Positions 36,074-48,596 of a stretch of DNA of 64,000 nt are shown in pieces. Below the pieces are notes generated by a model. It was not told where the DNA came from and searched no databases. It saw only the letters and a list, made by a program, of their open reading frames with translations. How positions within the stretch are numbered: the stretch's first letter is position 1; every line of letters begins with the position of its first letter. The position numbers were made by a program, and so were the translations under genes. The stretch comes from Thermoanaerobaculia bacterium (GTDB taxonomy: Bacteria > Acidobacteriota > Thermoanaerobaculia > Multivoradales > UBA5704), in assembly GCA_035996875.1 (NCBI GenBank), contig DASYJD010000013.1, forward strand, positions 114 through 64,113, given 5' to 3'.

Positions 36074-36240
36074 CCGAGACACCGGCCCTAAACATTTGAG
36101 GACAAAGCGGTTCTTTGCTGTAATCCGGGGATTTCACCGGCCAGCTCTTTGGGGGCTTGCGGGACGTTTCGGGTGTTGCTATGATGGCTGCCGTCGAAGT
36201 CAGTCACTCAAACCGCTCCAGCAGCACTCCTCGGCCGAGG

Positions 36241-36273
36241 ATTTCCACAATCTGTGGAATTTCTGTGGAAAAA
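36241..36273. promoter_or_regulatory. three DnaA-box-like motifs upstream of dnaA (ATTTCCACA, TGTGGAATT, TGTGGAAAA)
   Basis: 7-8 of 9 matches to TTATCCACA / TGTGGATAA, clustered 40-70 bp upstream of the dnaA ATG. Confidence 0.45.
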
Positions 36274-36309
36274 TAGCGTCCGTTCCACCTGAGGTCCCAT
36301 AGGTTTTCA

Positions 36310-37596
36310 ATGCCGTCCCTCTGGTCTCTTCTTCAAAGGCAGTTACAACAACAACTCGACCCCGAGGAGTTCGCCACCTGGTTTCGCCCGTTGAAGGTGG
36401 GCGACGAGAACGGCGGCCGGCTCGTGCTCCTGGCGCCGAACTCGCGGTTCCTGCACACTCTGGAGGAGAGCTACCGGCCCGCCGTGGACCGGGCGGTCGC
36501 CGGCCTCGCGGGACCGGGTTTCGAGGTTCTGTTCTCCCTCGAAGACGAGTTGGTGCCTGACGACGAGCCGCTGATCACACCCTCGCGCTTCAACCCGAGA
36601 TATTTGTTCGCCAACTTCGTCAAGGGAAAGTCGAACGAGCTCGCCGAGGCGGCGGCGCGGCGGGTGGCCGAGAACCCGTCCCTCTCCTACAACCCGCTCT
36701 TCATCTATGGTGGAGTCGGCCTGGGAAAGACCCACCTGCTGCACGCCATCGGGCACGAGATCCAGCGCAGCCGGCCACAGCTCCGGGTGCTGTACCTGTC
36801 CGCCGAGCAGTTCACCAACGAGCTCATCAACTCCATCCGCTTCGACCGCATGCCGGCATTCCGGGAGCGCTACCGCACGATCGACGTCCTCATGATCGAC
36901 GACGTGCAGTTCCTGGCCAGCAAGGAACGGACGCAGGAGGAGTTCTTCCACACCTTCAACACTCTCTACACGAGCCAGAAGCAGATCATCATTTCCTCCG
37001 ACGCGCCGCCGCGCAACATTCCGACGCTGGAGGAACGGCTGCGCAGCCGCTTCGAGTGGGGGTTGATCGCCGACATCCAGCCGCCGGACCTCGAGACCAA
37101 GATGGCGATCCTGCAGGGTAAGGCCGCCCTCGAAGGATCGAGTCTCCCCGAGGAGGTCGCGGAGTTCATTGCCCTGCAGGTGAGGTCCAACGTCCGCGAG
37201 CTCGAAGGGCACCTCAACCGCGTGCTCGCCTTCGCCGAGCTGACGGGAAAGCCCCTCAACCTGGCCCTGGCGCGGGAGACCCTGAAGGACATCCTGCCGG
37301 AGGAGGGCAAAAAGCCCGCCGCGGCCGAGATCATCAAGTTCGTGGCCCGGCACTACGACCTCAAGGTGTCGGAGATCAAGAGCAAGAGCAACTCGCGGCA
37401 GATCGTCATCCCCCGCCAAGTGGCGATGTTCCTCTGCAAGCGCCTGACGGACCTCTCCTACCCGGAGATCGGCAAGCTCTTCAACGACAAGCACCACTCG
37501 ACGGTCATGTACTCCGTCGAGACGGTCGACAAGAAGCGCGAAGCCGACCCGGACTTCGACCGCACCTTGAAGAGCCTCGAGGCGCACTTCACTTGA
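36310..37596 (+). CDS. dnaA: chromosomal replication initiator protein DnaA
   Basis: GGVGLGKTHLLHAIG Walker A, sensor motifs, and C-terminal DNA-binding domain (VARHYDLKVSEIKSKSNSRQIVIPRQVAMFLCKRLTDLSYPEIG). Confidence 0.95.
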   Translation: MPSLWSLLQRQLQQQLDPEEFATWFRPLKVGDENGGRLVLLAPNSRFLHTLEESYRPAVDRAVAGLAGPGFEVLFSLEDELVPDDEPLITPSRFNPRYLFANFVKGKSNELAEAAARRVAENPSLSYNPLFIYGGVGLGKTHLLHAIGHEIQRSRPQLRVLYLSAEQFTNELINSIRFDRMPAFRERYRTIDVLMIDDVQFLASKERTQEEFFHTFNTLYTSQKQIIISSDAPPRNIPTLEERLRSRFEWGLIADIQPPDLETKMAILQGKAALEGSSLPEEVAEFIALQVRSNVRELEGHLNRVLAFAELTGKPLNLALARETLKDILPEEGKKPAAAEIIKFVARHYDLKVSEIKSKSNSRQIVIPRQVAMFLCKRLTDLSYPEIGKLFNDKHHSTVMYSVETVDKKREADPDFDRTLKSLEAHFT

Positions 37597-37852
37597 GAGG
37601 GCCGCAGGGGAAAGCCTGTGGAACCGCTTCGGAGGCCCTGTGGAGGATCTGCGGAATTTTTTCCGGCCTTCGGTGTTTTCCTCCGCCTCCTCAAGACCTC
37701 CACAGGTTCTCCGCAACCCGGGGTGGGGAACCTAAACTTCCTCCCGTCTGGCACTTAGACCCCTTTTCCCCGTTTCCGCAGCCCCTATGTACTACTACGT
37801 CTATGCTATATTCAGGTGTCCTCTGGTAGAGGTAGCAGACGGAGAAGAGTGA
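37597..37852. promoter_or_regulatory. candidate oriC (dnaA-dnaN intergenic): DnaA-box-like motifs plus AT-rich putative unwinding element
   Basis: CTGTGGAAC, CTGTGGAGG and CCTCCACAGG motifs, plus the AT-rich TATGTACTACTACGTCTATGCTATATTC (~37785-37815) in an otherwise 68% GC genome. Confidence 0.5.
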
Positions 37853-38953
37853 ATGGAAATCCGCGTCACCCGTAGTGAGTTTCTGGCCGAGCTGGCCCCC
37901 ATGCAGGGTATCGTCGAGCGCAAGACCACCATCCCGGTCCTTTCCCACCTGCTGCTCACCGCCCGCGAGGACAAGCTCCATCTGGCAGCGACCGACCTGG
38001 ACGTCTCCCTCACCTCCTGGTGCGATGCCGACGTGAAGCGCGAAGGCGGCATCGCCGTCCAGGCCAAGAAGTTGATGGAGATCATCCGCTCGCTCACCGG
38101 GGAAGAGGTCCTCATCGTCCAGGAGGACCCCAGAGTCCTCACCATCCGGGCCGGCAAATCGCGCTTCAAGATCCACGGCCTGTCGCCGGACGACTTTCCG
38201 ACGCTTCCGTCCGTCGACGATGGCCGGAAGGTCGAGATTCCCTTCTCCGACTTCCGCCGCATGGTCACCAAGATCCTCTTCGCCGTCTCGGCCGAGGAAT
38301 CGCGCTTCCAGTTGAACGGCGCCCTCCTGAAGCTCAAGGACGGTTCGCTGGAGATGGTGGCGACCGACGGCCACCGCCTCGCGCTGGTGGAGGGTGGCCT
38401 TGGAGGGAACAACGGCAGCGAAGACTCGGTCCTGGTGCCCCGCAAGGCCTTGCAGGAGCTTCAGCGCCTGGAGGGGGACGGCAACCTCCTCTATGGCCGT
38501 GGCGAGCACCACCTCTCCTTTAGCCTCGGCCGGCGCGAGTTGATTTGCCGCATCCTCGAAGGGACCTTTCCAGACTACGAGCGGGTTATCGCCAAGGACA
38601 ACGACAAGAAGGTCCTCTTCGACCGCAAGAATCTGGTGGACGCCGTCCAGCGCGCCGCTCTCATGACGGGAGACCGGGCTCGGGCCGTGCGCCTCCAGTT
38701 CTCCCCGGAGCAAATGGTGATCTCGGCCGTCAACTCCGACCTCGGCGAGGCCATGGAAGAGGTACCCTGCGATTACGACGGGCCGGAGTTCCGGGTGGGA
38801 ATCAACCCGGACTACCTGACCCAGTTCCTGCGGGAAGTGGAAACCGAGAAGGTCCGCCTGGAGCTCAAAGACGAGAACACCCAGTGCGTCGGCTATCCGC
38901 ACGAGGGTCCGGACACCCGGTACCTCTGCGTCATCATGCCGATGCGCATCTGA
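37853..38953 (+). CDS. dnaN: DNA polymerase III beta sliding clamp
   Basis: MEIRVTRSEFLAELAPMQGIVERKTTIPVLSHLLL. 366 aa. Conserved dnaA-dnaN order. Confidence 0.95.
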   Translation: MEIRVTRSEFLAELAPMQGIVERKTTIPVLSHLLLTAREDKLHLAATDLDVSLTSWCDADVKREGGIAVQAKKLMEIIRSLTGEEVLIVQEDPRVLTIRAGKSRFKIHGLSPDDFPTLPSVDDGRKVEIPFSDFRRMVTKILFAVSAEESRFQLNGALLKLKDGSLEMVATDGHRLALVEGGLGGNNGSEDSVLVPRKALQELQRLEGDGNLLYGRGEHHLSFSLGRRELICRILEGTFPDYERVIAKDNDKKVLFDRKNLVDAVQRAALMTGDRARAVRLQFSPEQMVISAVNSDLGEAMEEVPCDYDGPEFRVGINPDYLTQFLREVETEKVRLELKDENTQCVGYPHEGPDTRYLCVIMPMRI

Positions 38954-38971
38954 CCGGATCAAAACCGACCG

Positions 38972-40039
38972 CTGCTCACCCGGCTCACCGCCCGCGACTT
39001 CCGAAACCTGGAGCCCCTCACCTGGGAGCCCGGTGCCGGCTCCCACCTCCTCCTGGGGGGCAATGGCGCGGGCAAGACCAGCCTCCTCGAAGCCATCTAC
39101 GTCGCGGCCACCACGCGTAGCTTTCGCGCCGCCCAGATCGCCGACTGCACGCGTCACGGCGCGGGTTCCTTCCATGTTCAGGCGGACGCCGAGACTGACC
39201 ACCGTTCCACCCTCGAAGTCGGCTGGATGGACGGCCAGCGGCTGCGGCTCCTCAACGGCAAGGCGACCCCCCTCTCCGAGCACCTCTCAGCCCTGCCTGT
39301 AGTGGCCTGGACCGCGGCGGCCGAGGCCGAGGTGTTGGTTGGCACACCCAAAGCTCGCCGGCGCTTCATGGACCGCGGGCTGGTGGGTATCCACCCCGCG
39401 GCCCTGGAGCTGCTGGGCCGCTACCGCGAGGCTCTGCGCCAGAAGCGCGGGCTTTTGCTGGGAGATGGTGCAGGCCTCGAGATCTGGAACGAGCTGCTTG
39501 GCGCCACCGCGGCGGACGTAATCGCCCAGCGGCACCGCTACGTCGAGCTCCTCAAGGTGCAGCTCGCGGGGATTCTTGTGGACTCAGGCCTGCCGTTCCC
39601 ACCCATTGAGCTTCACTACCGTCCCTCCCCGGCCAACGGCCTCGAGGGCCCGGAGGCCATCGCCGACGCTCTCGACCGCATCGCCGACCGCGAGCGCCGC
39701 CGCCAACTCCCACTGCTCGGGCCCCACCGCGACGAGCTCGAAATCCTCTGGGATGGCCATGAGATCCGCAGGGTCGCGTCCGCTGGCGAGCGCAAGAGCC
39801 TGTCTCTCATGCTGTTGGCCGCCCACGGCCGGGTCATGGAAGAAGGAGGGAGGACCCCGGTCTACCTTCTGGACGACACCGACGCCGAGCTGGCGCCGTC
39901 GACCGTGGCCGCCGTCTGGAGCGTGTTTCGTCACGCCGGCCAGCTCCTGGCGACCTCGAACCGTCCGCAGGTCTGGTTGACTCTGGAGGTGGGCCGGATC
40001 TGGGAGATGGAAAAAGGGGTTCTGCAGCTCATTTCCTGA
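38972..40039 (+). CDS. recF: DNA replication and repair protein RecF
   Basis: LTRLTARDFRNLEPLTW...GGNGAGKTSLLEAIY Walker A and C-terminal signature. No ATG/GTG/TTG lies between the dnaN stop and the Walker A, so the start is probably the CTG at 38972 or otherwise non-canonical. Confidence 0.8.
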   Translation: MLTRLTARDFRNLEPLTWEPGAGSHLLLGGNGAGKTSLLEAIYVAATTRSFRAAQIADCTRHGAGSFHVQADAETDHRSTLEVGWMDGQRLRLLNGKATPLSEHLSALPVVAWTAAAEAEVLVGTPKARRRFMDRGLVGIHPAALELLGRYREALRQKRGLLLGDGAGLEIWNELLGATAADVIAQRHRYVELLKVQLAGILVDSGLPFPPIELHYRPSPANGLEGPEAIADALDRIADRERRRQLPLLGPHRDELEILWDGHEIRRVASAGERKSLSLMLLAAHGRVMEEGGRTPVYLLDDTDAELAPSTVAAVWSVFRHAGQLLATSNRPQVWLTLEVGRIWEMEKGVLQLIS

Positions 40040-40072
40040 AGCCATCCACGGCGGCTGGAAAATCAAGGCTAA

Positions 40073-42643
<2,571 letters not shown>

Positions 42644-42670
42644 AGCGAAATAGTAAAGATCCGGAGAGCT

Positions 42671-45307
42671 ATGAGCGATAACAACGACGAGATCCTTCCC
42701 TTCGAGCAGCCGATTCCCGTCGGCATCGAAGATGAGATGAAGCGCAGCTACCTCGATTACGCGATGAGCGTGATCATCGGCCGCGCATTGCCGGACGTGC
42801 GCGACGGCTTGAAACCCGTGCACCGCCGCGCCCTCTATGGCATGTGGGAGAGCGGCAACCGCTCGGACCGGCCGTACAAGAAGTCCGCCCGCATCGTCGG
42901 CGACGTCATGGGTAAATATCACCCCCATGGCGACTCCGCGATCTACGACACCGTGGTGCGCATGGCTCAGGATTTTGCCATGCGCTATCCGCTGGTGGAC
43001 GGCCAGGGCAACTTCGGCTCGCTCGACGGCGACAACCCCGCGGCCATGCGGTACACCGAGGTCCGCCTCACCAAGCTCGCCGAGGAGATGATCCGCGAGG
43101 ACATCGACAAGGAGACCGTGGACTGGGGGCCGAACTACGACGGCTCGGAAACCGAGCCTCTGGTGCTGCCGGCCCGCGTTCCCAACCTGCTGGTCAACGG
43201 CAGCTCGGGCATCGCGGTCGGCATGGCGACCAATATTCCGCCGCACAACATCGGCGAGGTGATCGATGCCCTGCTGGTGATGATCGACAACCCGGACGTG
43301 AGCATCGCCGAGCTGATGACCAAGCTGCCCGGTCCGGACTTTCCCACCGCCGGCTTCATTCATGGATTGGACGGGATTCGGTCAGCCTACACCACGGGCC
43401 GCGGCATCATCCAGCTCCGCGCGCGCTCCGAGATCGAGGTCCACGCCAAGAGCGAACGGCAATCGATCATCGTCACGGAGATTCCGTATCAGGTCAACAA
43501 GAAGAAGCTCGTCGAGCACATCGCCGCCCTGGTGCGCGAGAAGAGGATCGAAGGGGTTTCCGACCTGCGCGACGAGTCGGACCGCGACGGCATCCGCATC
43601 GTCGTCGACGTGAAGAAGGACGCCATTCCGGAGATCATCCTGAACTCGCTGTACAAGATGACTCCCATGCAGACCACCTTCGGCATCATCCTGCTGGCCA
43701 TCGTGGACAACCAGCCGAAGGTGATGACGCTCAAGGAGCTGCTCTATCACTTCCTCAACCATCGCAAGACGGTCATCATCCGGCGCACCCGTTACGATCT
43801 GCGCAAAGCGGAGGAACGGGCCCATATTCTGGAAGGCATCCTCAAGGCCCTCGATCACCTGGACGAGGTGATCTCGACCATCCGCGCCAGCCAGACGCCG
43901 ACCGACGCGCGCGCCAACCTGATCGCCCGCTTCGAGTTCACCGAGGTGCAGGCGCAGGCCATCCTCGACATGCGCCTGCAGCGCCTGACCGGCCTTGAGC
44001 GCGACAAGGTGGTCGAGGAATATAAAGACCTGATGGTGCTGATCGAACGGCTGCGGTCGATCCTCGGTTCGGATCAGCTCGTGCTGGAGGAGATCAAGCG
44101 CGAGCTGGGAGAGCTGCGCGAAACCTATTCTGACAAGCGGCGCACCGAGATCATCCCCGAGACGAACGACATCTCGATCGAGGACATGATCGCCGACGAG
44201 CCGATGGTGATCACGGTCACCCAGTCCGGCTACATCAAGCGCTCGCCGCTGACGCTCTACCGGGCGCAGGCGCGCGGCGGCAAGGGCCGCACGGGGATGG
44301 TCACCAAGGACGACGACTTCGTCGAGCATCTTTATGTCGCCACGGCTCACAGCTACATCCTGGTCTTCACCGAGAGCGGCCGGGTCTACTGGCTGAAAGT
44401 CCATGCGATTCCTGAGACGGGACCGGCGGCGAAGGGCAAGGCGATCGTCAACCTGCTCAATCTGGAACCGAGCGAGCGGCTGGCGACGACGGTGGCGGTG
44501 CGGGAGTTCCGCGAGGATCGCTATCTCGTATTTGCCACCGCCAACGGCACGGTGAAGAAGACCGAGCTGGCCGCCTACGCCAATCCGCGTGTCGGCGGCA
44601 TCATCGGCATCAACATCGACGAGGGCGACAAGCTGCTCGCCGTGCGCGAGACGGACGGCAAGAAGGACATCCTCTTCGCCACCGCCAAGGGTTTCTCCGT
44701 GCGCTTCCCCGAAAGCGACGTGCGGTCCATGGGCCGGGCCACCTACGGCGTCAAGGGCCTCGTGCTGCGGCAGGGCGACCGCGTCGTGGCTATGGAGGAG
44801 CTCGATCCCCACGGCCAGGTGCTGACGGTGACCGAGCGTGGCTATGGCAAGCGGACTCCCGTCGCGGACTACCGGCTGCAGGGGCGCGGCGGGCTCGGCA
44901 TCATCAACCTCAAGGTCTCGGCGAAGACGGGTGAGGTCGTCGGCGTCCGCTACGTGACGCCCGACGAGGGGCTGATGCTCATCACCCAGGAGGGGATGAT
45001 CATCCGGCTCAACGTCTCCGGCGTCCGTGAGGTCGGCCGCTCGGCTCAGGGGGTCAAGCTGATGAACCTGGACGAGGACGACTGCATCGTGGCCGTCGCC
45101 AAGCTCGCCGAGAAGGACGAGGAGACCGAGATCGAGCTCGCCAAGAGCGAGAGCGGCCCCGAGCTGGAGCTCGAGGCGGCTGACCTCGACGGCATGGACG
45201 ATACCGACGAGATGGACGAGTTGACGGTGCTCGATACCGCGGTCTTTGAGGACGATGATGAGGATCCGGACGGAGGCGAAGGCGGCCCTGACGAGACCGT
45301 GCACTGA
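42671..45307 (+). CDS. gyrA: DNA gyrase subunit A
   Basis: [28 protein letters not shown]...active-site Tyr region (AAMRYTE), six C-terminal beta-pinwheel repeats, and an acidic tail. Confidence 0.95.
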   Translation: MSDNNDEILPFEQPIPVGIEDEMKRSYLDYAMSVIIGRALPDVRDGLKPVHRRALYGMWESGNRSDRPYKKSARIVGDVMGKYHPHGDSAIYDTVVRMAQDFAMRYPLVDGQGNFGSLDGDNPAAMRYTEVRLTKLAEEMIREDIDKETVDWGPNYDGSETEPLVLPARVPNLLVNGSSGIAVGMATNIPPHNIGEVIDALLVMIDNPDVSIAELMTKLPGPDFPTAGFIHGLDGIRSAYTTGRGIIQLRARSEIEVHAKSERQSIIVTEIPYQVNKKKLVEHIAALVREKRIEGVSDLRDESDRDGIRIVVDVKKDAIPEIILNSLYKMTPMQTTFGIILLAIVDNQPKVMTLKELLYHFLNHRKTVIIRRTRYDLRKAEERAHILEGILKALDHLDEVISTIRASQTPTDARANLIARFEFTEVQAQAILDMRLQRLTGLERDKVVEEYKDLMVLIERLRSILGSDQLVLEEIKRELGELRETYSDKRRTEIIPETNDISIEDMIADEPMVITVTQSGYIKRSPLTLYRAQARGGKGRTGMVTKDDDFVEHLYVATAHSYILVFTESGRVYWLKVHAIPETGPAAKGKAIVNLLNLEPSERLATTVAVREFREDRYLVFATANGTVKKTELAAYANPRVGGIIGINIDEGDKLLAVRETDGKKDILFATAKGFSVRFPESDVRSMGRATYGVKGLVLRQGDRVVAMEELDPHGQVLTVTERGYGKRTPVADYRLQGRGGLGIINLKVSAKTGEVVGVRYVTPDEGLMLITQEGMIIRLNVSGVREVGRSAQGVKLMNLDEDDCIVAVAKLAEKDEETEIELAKSESGPELELEAADLDGMDDTDEMDELTVLDTAVFEDDDEDPDGGEGGPDETVH

Positions 45308-45382
45308 GATCCCGGGGTGCTAACCTAGTCAGGCCCGCCACTGAGGTGGGGCTCAACGGACGCATACGAGGAGGGGAAACCC

Positions 45383-46042
45383 ATGGAGTTCTTTCTCGAC
45401 ACCGCGGAAATCAAAGAGATCGAGACCGGCCTCGAATGGGGCATGGTCGACGGCGTCACCACCAACCCGTCGCTGATCGCCAAGTCGGGCCGGCCCTATC
45501 TGCCGACCGTGCAGGCCATCGCCAAGCTGGTACCGGGGCCGGTCTCCGGCGAGGTCCTGGCGACTGAATATGAAGAGATCCTCAGCCAGGGCCGCCGCTT
45601 GGCGGGCCTGGCGGAGAACGTCGTCGTGAAGGTGCCGCTGACGCCGGCCGGCCTGCGGGCCGTGGCCACCTTCAAGAAGGAAGGCATTCGCAACAACGTG
45701 ACCCTCTGCTTCTCCGCCGCCCAGGCGTTGCTGGCCGCCAAGGTCGGCGCGGCCTACATTTCACCCTTCATCGGCCGGCTCGACGACGTCGGCGAGGAGG
45801 GGATGGAGCTGATCGAACAGGTGGTCACCATCTACCAGAACTACGGCTACGACACGAAGGTCCTCGTCGCCTCGGTCCGCAGCCCCATCCACGTCATCCA
45901 GGCGGCAATGCTGGGCGCGGACGTGGCCACGATTCCGTTCAAGGTGCTGGAGCAGCTCTACAAGCACCCGTTGACCGACGTGGGGCTCGACCACTTCCTT
46001 GCCGACTGGAAGAAGACGGGCAAGAGCTTCGACGAGTCCTAG
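45383..46042 (+). CDS. tal: transaldolase / fructose-6-phosphate aldolase family (short TalC/Fsa type)
   Basis: [13 protein letters not shown]...NPSLIAKSG...[11 protein letters not shown]...[31 protein letters not shown] (Schiff-base lysine context). Confidence 0.85.
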   Translation: MEFFLDTAEIKEIETGLEWGMVDGVTTNPSLIAKSGRPYLPTVQAIAKLVPGPVSGEVLATEYEEILSQGRRLAGLAENVVVKVPLTPAGLRAVATFKKEGIRNNVTLCFSAAQALLAAKVGAAYISPFIGRLDDVGEEGMELIEQVVTIYQNYGYDTKVLVASVRSPIHVIQAAMLGADVATIPFKVLEQLYKHPLTDVGLDHFLADWKKTGKSFDES

Positions 46043-46044
46043 GG

Positions 46045-46635
46045 GTGGAGCCAGGCCGGCTGTATCGTTTCGCGTGGGGTCTTTACCTCTTCCTGGCCGT
46101 GGCCGGGGCGATCTGGATCGGTTTCCAGCGGGGAGTCATTCCCCTCTCGTTGTTCCTGGACACGCGGCACTGGTGGCTCGACCTCGGACTGGGACTGGGA
46201 GCGGGCCTGCTGCTCCTGGGCCTCTGGGCGGCGGCCGAACGGATCTTTCCCCTCGCCCGCGATCTGGAGGCGAAGCTCGCCCAGGCGCTCGGTCCCCTCT
46301 CCGGCTCCGAATCCCTCGCCCTGGCCCTGCTCTCCGGTTTCGCTGAGGAGCTTTTCTTCCGCGGCGCCGTTCAGGGGACTCTGGGTCTGGTGGGAGCCAC
46401 GCTCCTCTTCGGCCTGTTGCACAGCGGGCCGGGCAAGGAGCTCCGGTTGTGGACGGTGTTCGCCCTTCTGGCCGGAGGCGTCCTCGGGCTCCTGATGGTC
46501 TGGCGGGGAAACCTTCTTGGGCCGGTCGCCGGCCACTTTCTGGTCAACGCCGTGAACCTGCGGCGCTTGGCAGGCCAGGCTAGGGACTCTGCTAAACTGG
46601 CACCGAGCGAGACTCAGAGCGACAAGGAGATCTGA
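46045..46635 (+). CDS. CPBP family intramembrane glutamic endopeptidase (CAAX protease / Abi)
   Basis: Multi-TM protein with EELFFRG and downstream FGLLH...HFLVN motifs. Confidence 0.7.
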   Translation: MEPGRLYRFAWGLYLFLAVAGAIWIGFQRGVIPLSLFLDTRHWWLDLGLGLGAGLLLLGLWAAAERIFPLARDLEAKLAQALGPLSGSESLALALLSGFAEELFFRGAVQGTLGLVGATLLFGLLHSGPGKELRLWTVFALLAGGVLGLLMVWRGNLLGPVAGHFLVNAVNLRRLAGQARDSAKLAPSETQSDKEI

Positions 46636-46640
46636 AACGG

Positions 46641-48023
46641 ATGGCTAGCGATTCAAAAGACGTGCTTGCGCGCATCGACTCCGAGAAGGAGCGGTATCTC
46701 GAGGAGCTGAAGGACTACATCCGCATCCCCTCCATCTCGACGGATCCGGACTTCAAGGCCGACGTCCTGCGGGCGAGCGAGTTCCTGGTGGGCAAGCTGC
46801 GCGAGGCGGGCCTCCAGGCGGAACGGATTGATACGGCGGGCCATCCTCTGGTCTACGCCGAGTGGCTGGGAGCGCCGGGCAAGCCGACGGTCCTCTTCTA
46901 CGGGCACTATGACGTGCAGCCGGTGGACCCCATCGAGCTGTGGCGCAACCCGCCGTTCGAGCCGACGGTGGAGGGCGACAAGCTGGTGGCCCGCGGCTCG
47001 ACGGACGACAAGGGGCAGTCGTACGCCCACGTCAAGGCGGTCGCGGCCCTGCTCGCCGAGCGCGGCAAGCTGCCGGTGAACGTCAAGTTCCTGGTCGAAG
47101 GCGAGGAAGAGGCCGGCGGAGCGGCGATCGAAGAGTACGTCAAGCAGGACGGCGGCAAGCGGCTGAAGGCCGACGCCGTGGTCATCTCGGACTCGTCGCT
47201 CTTCGCGCCGGGCCAGCCGTCGCTGATCTACGGCCTCAAGGGGCTGTGCTACACGGAGATCAAGGTCACCGGTCCCAACCGGGACCTGCACTCCGGCACC
47301 TACGGCGGCGCGGTATGGAATCCGCTCAACGCCCTCGGCCATATCATCGCCGGCCTGCGCGACGCCAAGACGGGGAAGATCCTCATCCCGGGTTTCTACG
47401 ACGACGTGCGGCCCCTCGAGGATTGGGAGCGCGCGGAGTGGGCCAAGCTGCCGTTCGACGAAGAGGAGTACCGGGTCGACCTTGGAGTGCCCGAGCTGTT
47501 CGGCGAGGAGGGTTACACCACCCGCGAGCGGACCTGGGGACGCCCCACCTGCGACGTCCACGGGGTCTTCGGCGGCTACATGGGCAAGGGCGCGAAGACG
47601 GTGCTCCCCTCGTGGGGCGGCGCCAAGATCTCCATGCGCCTGGTGCCCGACCAGGACGCGCACAAGATCGGCCAGCTGTTCACCGAGCACGTCCAGGCGA
47701 TCGCCCCCAAAGGCGTGACCGTCGAGGTGCAGAGCCTGCACGGCGGGCCGGCGGTGGTGGTCGAGGTCCAGGGGCCGATCGTCGACGCGGCGCTGGACGC
47801 GATGCAGGAGATCTGGGGCGCGCGGCCGGTGCGCATCCGCGAGGGCGGCTCGATCCCGATCGTCTCGACCTTCTCGTCCGTCCTCAAGAGTCCGGTCCTG
47901 CTGCTCGGCTTTGGCCTCAACGACGACGGCCTGCACTCGCCCAACGAGAAGTTCAACATCAGCCACTTCTATAATGGCATCCGGTCCGTGGCGCGGCTGC
48001 TGGATCGCCTGGGCGATCTATGA
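46641..48023 (+). CDS. M20 family metallopeptidase (dipeptidase / ArgE-DapE-like)
   Basis: HYDVQPVDP...GSTDDKGQ...FLVEGEEEAGG...HSPNEKF metal-ligand motifs of the M20 family. Confidence 0.8.
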   Translation: MASDSKDVLARIDSEKERYLEELKDYIRIPSISTDPDFKADVLRASEFLVGKLREAGLQAERIDTAGHPLVYAEWLGAPGKPTVLFYGHYDVQPVDPIELWRNPPFEPTVEGDKLVARGSTDDKGQSYAHVKAVAALLAERGKLPVNVKFLVEGEEEAGGAAIEEYVKQDGGKRLKADAVVISDSSLFAPGQPSLIYGLKGLCYTEIKVTGPNRDLHSGTYGGAVWNPLNALGHIIAGLRDAKTGKILIPGFYDDVRPLEDWERAEWAKLPFDEEEYRVDLGVPELFGEEGYTTRERTWGRPTCDVHGVFGGYMGKGAKTVLPSWGGAKISMRLVPDQDAHKIGQLFTEHVQAIAPKGVTVEVQSLHGGPAVVVEVQGPIVDAALDAMQEIWGARPVRIREGGSIPIVSTFSSVLKSPVLLLGFGLNDDGLHSPNEKFNISHFYNGIRSVARLLDRLGDL

Positions 48024-48571
48024 GGAGCAAGGACAATTTCGAGCGCGAGATCAAGTTTCCCCACGTCGAGCTGGACAAGCTGCGGGACCGCCTGATCGAG
48101 CTCGAGGCGGAACGCTCCGGCCCCTCGGCCTTCGAGGACAACTGGATCCTCGACCGCAACGAGGAGTTGCTCTCCACCGACCGAATCCTGCGCCTGCGCA
48201 CCGACGGCGGCCGGGCGCGCCTGACCTTCAAAGGCCCCATGCATATCGAGGGCAACGTCAAGGTGCGCGAGGAGCGGGAGATCGAGGTGGGGAGCGCGGA
48301 GGACGCCCGGATTCTGTTCGAGAACCTGGGCTTCACCCTGGTGCGCCGCTATCAGAAGATGCGGGAGGAGTGGCAGTTGGGCGGCGTGACGATCGCCCTC
48401 GACCACACCCCGATCGGCGACTTCGCCGAGTTCGAGGGCGACGGCGCGGAGACCGTGGCCAAGCGTTGCGGCTTCGATCCCGACAAGGCCGAGCGCCGCT
48501 CCTACCTGCGTCTCTACGAGGATTACCTGACGAAAAACCCTGACGCGCCACCGGAGATGGTGTTCCGGTAG
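48020..48571 (+). CDS. CYTH domain protein (class IV adenylyl cyclase / triphosphatase-like)
   Basis: N-terminal EREIKF (ExExK) motif and overall ~180-aa size match a CYTH tunnel-fold protein. Start overlaps the preceding gene by 4 nt. Confidence 0.6.
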   Translation: MRSKDNFEREIKFPHVELDKLRDRLIELEAERSGPSAFEDNWILDRNEELLSTDRILRLRTDGGRARLTFKGPMHIEGNVKVREEREIEVGSAEDARILFENLGFTLVRRYQKMREEWQLGGVTIALDHTPIGDFAEFEGDGAETVAKRCGFDPDKAERRSYLRLYEDYLTKNPDAPPEMVFR

Positions 48572-48596
48572 GCGCGGGCCGCCCCCCTGAAACGTC

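Noticed and set aside
36343-37716. 457-aa ORF antisense to dnaA; similarly 37691..39283 (antisense to dnaN), 40091..42376 (antisense to gyrB), 43382..45304 (antisense to gyrA), 46653..47966 (antisense to M20 peptidase), 22484..23776 (antisense to the TPR gene), 31251..32243 (antisense to mutY)
   Set aside because: All are antisense to confidently identified conserved genes and have low-complexity compositions. Expected artefacts of 68% GC.
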